This document shows positions 11,794 to 22,228 of a DNA stretch of 64,000 nt, piece after piece (the first letter of the stretch is position 1; each line of letters begins with the position of its first letter). The position numbers were made by a program, and so were the translations under genes. Origin of the DNA: Octopus vulgaris (lineage: Eukaryota); contig OX597824.1 in the NCBI GenBank assembly GCA_951406725.2, forward strand, positions 14,322,001-14,386,000. Reading direction: 5' to 3'. A model generated the notes under the pieces. The model did no database searches. It was not told the origin of the DNA and saw only the letters and a list, made by a program, of their open reading frames with translations.

Positions 11794-12612
11794 TTAACCC
11801 TTTAGTTACTGCATTTCTGCCCCCCCCCCCGGCTTTTTTTTTTTTTTTTTTTTTTTGCTAATAATTTTTATATCAAAGAGTTTAGTAAAATAATTTTGTC
11901 AAATTACCATGAAATTAGGATGGAAGTTTACTGTTTAACCCTTTTGTTACCAACCCGGCTGAAACCGGCCCTGGCTCTGAATACAAATGTCTTGTTTTCA
12001 AAAAGTCCTGAATTAAAATCTTCCACCAAACCTTAGTCACAATTTATGTTCCTAACCCTAGCTTAATGATAACAAAATTATTTTACTAAATTCTTTGTCA
12101 TATTTAACCCTTTAGTGTTTGCATTATTCTGCCAAAATTAATGCTTTTTTATCCACATTGTTTTGAACTAATCATGCATTATCTTGTAGCTATGAGATTT
12201 TGATGAAGTAGCTATTAATTTTTAAAACGATATTGTAAGGTTGGTGTGAGAGACCAGATCTGGCCAGAGAATTGGCAGAAAGCCTCAATTATCAAAACCC
12301 ATCGTTCATGAGCACCTGGTAAAGCTTGAGTACACAAATCACTACGATGTTTGAGTGAGAACCTTTTGGATCGCATTTCCATCTGTGATTCGCTTTATAA
12401 ACGGAATGAAAACACGCCTTTTTTTAAAGCAAACATAAAACAGGCAGAATACTTTTGGCCGGTTTGAATGCTAAAGGGTTAAAGTAATTGAAAGAATCAC
12501 AGAGCTTCTCAAAATAAATATTGTAACGAAAGGGTTAAGCTGCTTTAAAACAAGGCTATTTGTATCATCGAACCAGGAGGGGTGTCAGGTGTGTTGGTAC
12601 TACAAAGATTAA
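11794..12612. mobile_element. Three nested TTAA (piggyBac-type) MITEs
   Basis: ttaaccct...agggttaa ends: outer 11794-12612 (degenerate), middle 11935-12538, inner 12104-12482. Confidence 0.85.
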
Positions 12613-12661
12613 AGTTGAGGGAAATAATATTTATTGCTAATTCTGTTTCTTTTTATTGCAG

Positions 12662-12751
12662 TACGATTGGAACACAAGTGACGAAGAAGACAGAGATGAC
12701 AGTGAGAGTGCAAAACCTAATGAAACCGATGAGAAAGATGAAAGTGACTGA
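12662..12751 (+). CDS. WDR43: WDR43 terminal coding exon
   Basis: ttattgcag|; YDWNTSDEEDRDDSESAKPNETDEKDESD* is an acidic C-terminus. Confidence 0.85.
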   Translation, partial: YDWNTSDEEDRDDSESAKPNETDEKDESD

Positions 12752-12914
12752 TGGCTGTTTTGAATGAAAATATTTTGATACATATTTTCTCTAACATTTT
12801 GCTTAGAGTAGCGAACTTATAATTCAGTTTTGATGAATTAATGGTTACATTATACTCAAGTGGCAATTGTTAGTTTATAATCATTTGGAAGGTGTGTATC
12901 ACTGATAAATATCA

Positions 12915-12930
12915 AATAAACTGAAATAAA
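12915..12930 (+). terminator. Tandem AATAAA polyadenylation signals of WDR43
   Basis: AATAAA at 12915 and 12925, followed by T/GT-rich sequence, about 165 nt after the stop. Confidence 0.65.
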
Positions 12931-13903
12931 CATTATTATTATTATTATTGATGTTTCTTTTCAATTAACATTTTCTGTAGAAAGTGCAAAACCTTTCTAT
13001 TTTTAAAGACGCTAGAATATAACTTGGGGGAAGTTTAGCTGCTTTTTCTAGTTTAGAGCAGGCATCTTCTATTAGAGTAATTAGACTTGGCCATGCTGGG
13101 GCAATGCCTTGAAGGGTTTAGCCAGACAAATTAACTCCCTTACTTAGTTTTTTGGGTTTTTTTTTTTAAGCCTGGTAATTATGTTATTAGTCTCTCTTGT
13201 CAAACCACTATGTTATGAGGACATAAACTAACACCAGTCGTGAAGCAGTGATGGGGGACAGGTGCAAGATACACACACACATGCATAGTGGTTTGCTTTC
13301 TATTGCTAGATGCTCTCCAATGACTTCATAGTATACCAGGAACATTTTACGCGACAAGCTCTATGTCTTAGCTGATAGTAAATACATGATTATATTGTTA
13401 TTGCTGATGATAATGCTTAGTATTTCTCTCCAGTGTCAGGAAATACCATGATTTGGGGGAAATAGGGACAAAAAGAAGATTAAAATGCTGAAATCAGCAT
13501 AGCAAGAGCTCTGGTCTACTCACTGATCTGATGCCCTTGAGTGATTGAGAATTGGTAAGACCTACCGAATTTTTCTTGGTCAGCAATATATCTTTAACAT
13601 GGCTGTTCCATTGGGGCCAACGTTACCATTTTTAACCCCAGGAGGACATCACCTCTAGCTCGTTATCATTGCATTCTGCACCTGATATAGATTGTAAGCA
13701 AGGGAGCAAACCTCTACCATCTAACGACAGTGGGACCACCAGACTGTCCAGTTTTCTGCTATTTGTGCTCATCTTCAGTGGTGGGCACCTGTCCACTAGA
13801 GATAGTAGTTCACTCCAGCTTGCAATATATAGAAAAATGACAACCATTCACTGGTCTTGTGACAAAGTAGCTAATTAGAAAATCTCTATAAGAGATGAAA
13901 GTA

Positions 13904-15316
13904 TTGGGTTGTCCGGAAAGTTCATGCCAATTTATATAGCTTACCTTTTGACTTATTTTAGAACATGGTTGAGTCCATAAAATAGGATTTGACTACACCT
14001 CCATTTAGAGCACAGTGGAAGGAGGTTTATGTTCCTATAACCTGTGTTAATTCTGTAACCCTTTAAAATGGAAGATAAGAAAATTCATTTTCAGCACTTG
14101 ATGCTTTTCTTTTTCCGTAAAAGGAAAAATGCCTCACAAGCAACTAAAGAAATATGCGAAGTTTACGGTGATGTTTCTTAATCCGAAAGAACTGTCTGGA
14201 AGTGGTTCACAAGGTTCCAAACTGGAGATTGTAGCCTTATTGATAAAGAGCGATCAGGCAGATCATCCACAACAGATGATGACCAAATCAAGTCATAAAT
14301 TGAGAATAACCCACATTGCACAACCCGAGAATTGGCAGAAAGCCTCAACCTATCAAAACCCATCGTTCATGAGCACCTGGTAAAGCTTGAGTACACAAAT
14401 CACTACGATGTTTGAGTGAGAACCTTTTGGATCGCATTTCCATCTGTGATTCGCTTTATAAACAGAATGAAAACACGCCTTTTTTAAAGCAAATTGTGAC
14501 AGGTGATGAGAAATGGATTATCTACTGAAATGTTCAAAGAAAGCGATCCTGGAGTAAGCCACATGATCCACCCTAAAAAGTCTTGCTTTGTGTCTGGTGG
14601 GATTGGAAAGGAATTCTGCTCTATGAGCTTCTCCCAAGTAACCAGACAATTACTTCTGAGAAATACTGCACACAACTGGATGAGTTAAAAGCAGCAATTC
14701 AAGAGAAATGTCCAGAATTGGCCAACAGGAAGGGTGTTGCTTTCCAACATGATAATGCAAGACCACATGTTTATTTGGGACCAGACAAAAATTGCTGCAG
14801 CTCGGCTGGGATGTGTTACCCCACCCTCTATATTCACCAGATATTGCTCCTTCGGATTTCCACTTATTCAAGTCTATGCAGAATAGTCTTACGCGGGCAT
14901 GGCTGTGTGGTTAGGGAGCTTGCTTCCTAGCTACATGGTTTCGGGTTCAGTCCCACTGCGTGGCACTTTGGGTAGGTGTCTTCTGCTATAGCCTCGAGCC
15001 GACCGAAGCTTTGTGATTGAATTCGGCAGGCGGAAGTTACTGCCGTGTGTGTACATGTACGTGTAGGTGCTTGTGCCTCTCCCAAAGAGAGAGAGAGCGG
15101 GTAAAAATTTCAATTCCTTGGATAACATAAAAAGATACCTTGATGAATTCTTCGCCCTGAAACCACCTCCATTCTGGGAAGAGGGTATTTTCAAGTTAAA
15201 GGAAAGATGGAGATGCATTGTGCAACAAAATGGTTCATATTTGGTTGATTAAAAAATGTAATGACAGGTATTTTTCTTTCCTTTAGAAATCGGCACAAAC
15301 TTTCCAGACAACCCAA
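13904..15316 (+). mobile_element. Decayed mariner (DD34D, mellifera-like) transposon
   Basis: TA|ttgggttgtccggaaagtt...aactttccagacaacccaa|TA TIRs; pseudo-transposase from ATG 14068 (MEDKKIHF) with VTGDEKW, LCVWWDWKG, HDNARPH and YSPDIAPSDFHLF; contains stops, deletions and a SINE insert at about 14893-15098. Confidence 0.95.
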
Positions 15317-17219
15317 TAGTGACCATACTGAGAAGAACTATTTATCGTCACTTCAGTATGGCTGTTCTGTAGGAAGCAATGTTGCTACTGTTTTTAACCC
15401 TAGGAAGATGCCTTTTCCAGCTGGCTTTTGTTTAAATCCTTTCAAGTTTAAGTGTCTTACCAATTCTGTCTTCCAGGGGTATCAAATCAGTAAACCAGAG
15501 CCCTTATTATACACTTTTATTTGTTTCAGTCATTTGACAGTGGCCATGCTGGAGCACTGCCATTAGTCGAGCAAATTGACTCCAGGACTTATTCTTTGGA
15601 AGCCTAGTACTTATTCTATCAGTCTCTTTTGCCGAACTGCTAAGTTATGAGGACGTAAACACACCAGCATCGGTTGTCAAGCAATGTTGGAAGACAAACA
15701 CAGACACACATACATTCATATATATATACATATATACGACGGGCTTCTTTCAGTTTCCATCTACCAAATCCACTCACAAGGTTTTGGTCGGCCCGAGGCT
15801 ATAAAAGACACCTGTCCAAGGTGCCACGCAGTGGGACTAAACCCGGAACCATGTCGTTGGTAAGTAAGCTACTTACCACACCGCCACAACATTTTTATTT
15901 TTTTGCCCCTATTCACCTGGCTGTTCATATTCCCTGCAAATCACAATATTTTATCTCTGATCAGTTGCCGTCCTTCTACAAGACTCAAGACATGTCCTGA
16001 AGTACTGCTTACATACCTGTGGCCATCAGCTGCACACAACACAGCCTAAGACACCCGATCGCTGATTGGCAATAACTCAGCTGCAGCTACCAGCTCGTCA
16101 AAGAGTTACCTCTTGTATCACTTTTACGATGACCTCTGCACTTCTCAATTAGCTGCATACATTCACTCAGATACCTATTTCTTTACCACCCACAGAGAGG
16201 ACAGACAAACGGATTAAGTCGATTATATTGACCCCAGGTCATAACTGATACTTATTTAATCGACCCCGAAAGGATGAAAGGCAAAGTCGATCTCGGTGGA
16301 ATTTGAACTCAGAACGTAGCGGCAGACGAAATACTGCTAAGCATTCCATCCAGTGTGCTAACGTTCTGCCAGCACGCCGCCCTGCATTCACTCAGATACC
16401 AATTCCCACTTTTTCCGTCCTTCCTAATCAAAAGGAATATTCTTTATTAGATTTTCCATTCAGTAAAGTTCAATTCATACTAATTTAGATTTTGACTTTG
16501 TTCAGTTCATTAAATATAAAATTCATTTACAATTTTCTCTTAATAAGCATCCTTACGGATCTGATTTGACTGAAAAAAGAACCACAAATTTCTAAGGTGA
16601 GCGAAAAACTGGATTGTCTTTTCCTTAATAGCATCTCAATTTAGATTTATTTATTTTGATTATCTCCCTTCCTGTTTGATTTTCACCTGTTAAAGTAAGT
16701 ATAGAGCGCAAGTGTAATTTCAATCATCATCATCGTTTAACGTCCGTTCTCCATGCTAGCATGGGTTGGACGGTTCGACCGGGGTTCTGGGAAGCCAGAA
16801 GGCTGCACCAGGCTCCAGTCTAATCTGGCAATGTTTCTACAGCTGGATGCCCTTCCTAACGCCAACCACTCCGTGAGTGTAGTAGGTGTTTTTTACGTGC
16901 CACCTGCACAGGTGCCAGGCGAGGCTGGCAACGGCCACGGTCAGATTGGTGTATTTTATGTGCCACCGGCACGGAAGCCAGTCGAGGCGGTGCTGGCATC
17001 GGCCACGAGTCGGATGGTGCTTTTTACGTACCACCAGACCAGGGATCCTGGCTGGTTCAATTCGATTTCGATTTCGCTTGCCCCAACATGTCTTCACAAG
17101 CAAAGGGGGTTAGCATGGGTGCCTGTCGTACGGTCGCATTGGAGTATTTTACGTGCCACGGCCACGAGTCGGATAGTGCTTTTTACGTACCACCAGACCA
17201 GGGATCCTGGCTGGTTAGA

Positions 17220-17580
17220 ACAAAATAAGAATTTTTAACACTAATGTAAAAGCGGTATTTATTGTATGGGGCTGAGACATGGCGAACAACAGTTAAGTCA
17301 AATAAGCAAATACAATCATTCATCAACAGATGCTTGAATAGTATACTTCAAAGTAGATGGCCCGAACACATAAGCAATATGGAGCTATGGCAAAGAACAA
17401 ATCAAGCTTCGATTAGGGAGCAGATATTTAAGAAAAAGTGGAAGCGGATTGGTAGCACAATTTGAAACGACACACCAAATGTAGAGAAAAGTGCTTTAAA
17501 GTGGAAACCGGTTGGATATAGAAAGAAAGGTAGGCCTAAGAACTCTTGGCGGAGATCAACACAAAAGGAACTAGAGAAAG
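17220..17580 (+). mobile_element. RTE-clade LINE fragment (C-terminal RT region)
   Basis: KIRIFNTNVKAVLLYGAETW...FINRCL..IL..RWPEHISN.ELW...RKKGRPKNSWRR. Confidence 0.9.
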
Positions 17581-18725
17581 GGGGACAGCGATTCGGCAAA
17601 AAGGACCGATAGAATAAGTACTAGGCTTACAAAGAATAAGTCTTGGGGTCGATTTGATTCGACTAAAGGTGATGCTCCAGCATGGCCGCAGTCAAATGAC
17701 TGAAACAAGTAAAAGAGTAAAGAGTATATAATACATAAAGGAGTAGGGACTTGGAATCCAGGCAGGTACCTTATTAGTATCCTAGTATAATCCAGGTCCT
17801 GGCTAACCATATCAAATGACACAATATCCAGGAGTTTAACAAACTGGGAGAGAGTGAATTTGAATGATTCTTAGAGACCACTGTCTATAATTACAATGAA
17901 AGAATACTGAAAATAAATTTTTTTTAAATAGTACAAAATTGCTTTCTGTGGTTAAAGATGTTCTCTATACCAGGCCCCAGTCTCATCCGGCAGTGTTTCT
18001 ACAGCTGGATGCCCTTCCTAACGCCAACCACTCCATGAGTGTAGTGGGTGCTTTTTACGTGCCAGGCGAGGCTGGCAGCAGCCACGATCGGATTAGTGCC
18101 TTTTACGTGCCACCGGCACAGAAGCCAGTCAAGGCGGCACTGGCATTGGCAGCAGCCATGATCGGCTGGCGCTTTTTATGTGCCACTGGCATGGAAGCCA
18201 GTCGAGGCGGCACTGGCATTGGCAGCAGCCACGATCGGATTAGTGCCTTTTACGTGCCACCGGCACAGAAGCCAGTCATGGCGGCACAGGCATTGGCAGC
18301 AGCCATGATCGGTTGGTGCTTTTTATGTGCCACTGGCATGGAAGCCAGTCGAGGCGGTGCTAGGTCTACATTATCCAATATGTTCTTTTTTAGAACTGGC
18401 AAGCATGATTTGAGGCAAATTTTGGCCTTTTTTTTCTTAGCAGTTGAGTAAATCACCTAGAAGCCTTCCTGTTAGTGGATAACGGGACTTATGAAGGTGG
18501 AATAACATTGTATTGTCCAAGAAATCCATAAAAAAGGAGAGATATCAACTGATAATAGAGTATATTCATTTTGTCATCATGTGGTTTCAGGTTTAGTCCC
18601 AACTGTGTGGAACCTTGGGCAAGTACTTTCAACAATTCTAGGCCAACCAAAACTTTGTGAGTAGATTTGGTAGGTGGAGACTGAAAGAAGCCAAGTGTGT
18701 ATATATGTGTGTGTGTGTGTGTGTG

Positions 18726-19119
18726 GGCGACCTGCTGTGCTTGAGGAGACCTACTGAGTCAAGTACATCAACATCAAAAAATCAAATGGAAATTATAGTT
18801 GTGATATCTGTGCCAAGCACCAACCGATCATGGCTGCTGCCAATGCCTGTGCCGCCTTGACTGGCTTCTGTGCCAGTGGCACGTAAAAAGCGCCAACCAA
18901 TCGTGGCTGCTGCCAGCCTCCCCTGGCACCTGTGCCAGTGGCATGTAAAAAGCACCCACTACACTCACGGAGTGGTTGGCGTTAGGAAGGGCATCCAGCC
19001 GTAGAAACACTGCCAGATCAGACTGGAGCCTGGTGCAGCCTCCTGGCTTCCCAGACCCCGGTCGAACCATCCAACCCATGCTAGCATGGAAAACGGACGT
19101 TAAACGATGATGATGATGA
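18726..19119 (+). mobile_element. Third family: 5'-truncated SINE/non-autonomous retroposon with RTE-like (GAT)n tail; more than 20 copies, e.g. ~1095-1571, 4068, 5650, 16724-, 17970-, 21024-, 27764-, 40621-, 41498, 47590-, 59040
   Basis: Variable tandem gtggcacgtaaaaagcacc modules, ggcgttaggaagggcatccagc core, ggacgttaaacgatgatgat tail. Confidence 0.8.
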
Positions 19120-20472
19120 TACCCAGTAGTATCAGTGCTAAGAAGTGATAAACAAACTTTAGGTCAGTGAAAATATCAGTGACTGAATTGCGCTCATGGA
19201 TTACCTGGAGTTAAAATGATGATGAGTAATGCCACATCAAAAACAGCAGGAATTGTTTGTAAATGTCTTAGTTGGATAGTGAAGATGTTGTAGTGAAGGT
19301 CTGGTCAAGTATGTTTACACATGTAGGTAATCTGATCAGGAGATCAAAAGATCTGGACATACCCATACATCTACAAGACTGAAGAGTACACTACACACTC
19401 TGACATGCAGGAGTTTATTATGAAGTGCCATGTGACTGCCTGAACATGTTGCATTTTATCCACTGTCCAGTTTGTATTCATCTATTCTAGCGCTGATGGC
19501 TTAGATCTTAACCTTGGCAGTAGCACTCTCTTGTAAGCTAACAAAGGGACATTAAGTGCCAAGTATAATGCTATGGTTGTACAGGTGTTTAGCAGTGCCA
19601 TAACTTTTCTTAAAAATGAAATATTTAAACCTGATAAAATACTTATATTTTAAAGACATTTTCAAAAGTACCTTTGTTGGGATTAAGATAGGAATTGGAC
19701 AAATCAGTGAACAGAAAAACACAACAGATTACGAGATAATGTGCCAAGGTCCAAAATAATTTCATTAAATTAAATACACAATTTCTTCAGTAATTTCCAT
19801 AAAAAAAATTAACATGAGTGGCTGTGTGGTAAGTAGCTTGCTTACCAACCACATAGTTCTGGGTTCAGTCCCACTGTGTGGCACCTTGGGCAAGTGTCTT
19901 CTACTATAGCCTCGGGCCAACCAAAGCCTTGTGAGTGGATTTGGTAGATGGAAACTGAAAGAAGCCTGTTGTATATATGTATATGTATACATGTGTGTGT
20001 GTTTGTGTGTCTGTGTTTGCCCCCCAACATCGCTTGAGAACAGATGCTGGTGTGTTTACATCCCCGTAACTTGGTAGTTCGGCAAAAGAGACTGATAGAA
20101 TAAGTACTAGGTTTACAAAGAATAAGTCCTGGGGTCGATTTGCTCGACTAAAGGCGGTGCTCCAGCATGGCGTCAGTCATAGGACTGAAACAAAAGAATA
20201 CGGAGTACTAGTCTATGTCAATATTTTAAAAAGAGGCATGTGCTGGATGAAGAAGTGTGGGAACAGATGGATAATAAATGAGTGCAGAATTAACTTTAAA
20301 ATAATCTCCTGTTTTGGTAGTGAGGAACTATGCTATACATAGAGAGTACATGTTTGTAAAATACCATTCCATGAAAAGGGGGCACTAAGCTGCAAAAGAT
20401 TGGAAACCACTGGCCTTGATGGGTGAGCACTACACTTACACCTGGTGGTCTACATCCAATCAGTGCTTAGAG

Positions 20473-20700
20473 TTAACCCTTTCGTTACCAACCCAGCTGA
20501 AACCGGCTCTGGCTCTGAGTACAAATGTTTTATTTTCATACATTTTGAATTAAAATCTTCCACCAAATCTTAGCCACAATTTATGTTCCTAACACTGGCT
20601 TAATGATAACTAAGTTATTTTACTAAATTCTTTGTTATATTTAAAGTAATTGAAAGAAACACAAAGCATCTCAAAATAAATACAGTAACGAAAGGGTTAA
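20473..20700. mobile_element. TTAA MITE family 1, intact ~228 bp (other copies ~7392-7580, ~41430-41984, 55776-56002, 61151-61366)
   Basis: TTAA-ccctttcgttac...gtaacgaaaggg-TTAA. Confidence 0.9.
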
Positions 20701-21826
20701 TGGGGTTATTGTTGTTATTTCTGTGCTAAGATGCTCCTAACTTTACATTTCTTAGTCTATATGGTTGTAAGACCTGCTAAAAAAAAAGGCATCCAAATTT
20801 CTCTCAAATCACATTCCCAATATACAAATAGATGGAAAGATCATGGTTGGAATGCTTTTGGTCATAGGCCTATTTGACCAGAGCTGCTTCAGAATGTTAA
20901 ATGATAACATTCATATTCCTTGATTTCTGCAGAATGGTTCTCTTTGAAATTCTTACCTGTTTGGATCTGTATTGACCTCACAGTAGTCCAGGTGACCCCC
21001 TCCAGTTTCTTTTTGGAATGTTTCATCATCATCATCATCATCATTTAACGTCCGTTTTCCATGCTAGCATGGGTTGGATGGTCCGACTGGGGTCTGGGAA
21101 GCCAGAAGGCTGCACCAGTCTCCACTCTGATTTGGCAGTGTTTCTACGGCTTGATGCCCTTCCTAACGCCAACCACTCCGTGAGTGTAATGGGTGCTTTT
21201 TACGTCACACCGGCACAGGTGCCAGGGGCGGCTGGCAATGGTCACGATCAGTTGGTGCTTTTTACAGAATTAAATTCTGTTTACTCTCATCACCATCAAC
21301 AACTACTTTCCATGCTGGCATGGGTTGGACGATTCGACTGAAGGCTGGTAAGCTGCACCAGGTTCCAATCTGATTTGGCATGGTTTCTATAGCTGGATGC
21401 CCTTCCTAATGCCAACCACCCCAAGAGTGTAGTTGGTACATTTTATGTGCCATTGACATGACACCAGTGGCTTGACAACTCTACACAGGCACAGTATATC
21501 GCCGAAGGTCTTGGTCACCTATTGCTGTCACCATGAGGCCCATTGCTCTAATAGTACTTTTTACATTCCACCGGCATGGGTGCCTGTCTTTTAAAATTAT
21601 AGGGAAGTAGTATGAGCAATATTTAGTTGCTATTTCTTTCAGCATTCTTGTTGATTCAGCTGCTTTGGTAGTGGCAATAATGAGATGGCCTGATCAGTCT
21701 TAAGATCTGCATGTATCCTACGTTCCACAAATCAGGGACTATTAGTCATCTTGTAAAGAATTATTGATTGAATCAAAGAAAATAAAAAAATATCTGAAGA
21801 ATGAAAAAAAATAATAATGAATTCTT

Positions 21827-21832
21827 TTTATT
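21827..21832 (-). terminator. Probable DDX31 polyadenylation signal
   Basis: AATAAA on - about 400 nt after the stop, followed by a U-rich tract. Confidence 0.55.
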
Positions 21833-22228
21833 TTGTAACAATGCATTGAAATTTCTTTAACAAATTTTCAAATATTTTTACTTCTGCTTTTCAAAGTTTG
21901 GATGGTTCAGTAAATGTAATATTTCCTTGAATACTGCAAAATGTCCTTCATGCAACTCACAAAATCATAGAATGGAAATGTAATTCATATCCAACAAATA
22001 ATTTGTTGTGCTTTACAGGGCACAGGTCAAAACTGATAGGAAGACTCAAATTACCTTTGGGTTAATGATTCTGCACTTTAATGAACCTCTTTCATTTTAG
22101 TCTTTAACATGTTGAACCTCACCAAAAAGTCAGTCAACAGTTTGTAGTTATTTTCTACAGCCAATTTTCCATTCCACTGGAAAATTCTTGCATAAAGGCG
22201 TCATTCAATGATTGATAATTATTTCCTT

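Noticed and set aside
1-12661. Intronic C/D snoRNAs (vertebrate WDR43 hosts SNORD53/92)
   Set aside because: No convincing C box, D box, terminal stem and rRNA guide found by eye; a snoscan or Infernal run is needed to exclude them
16753-18451. Recurrent ORFs such as FLQLDALPNANHSVSVVGAFY and [29 protein letters not shown]
   Set aside because: These are translations of high-copy SINEs, not genes
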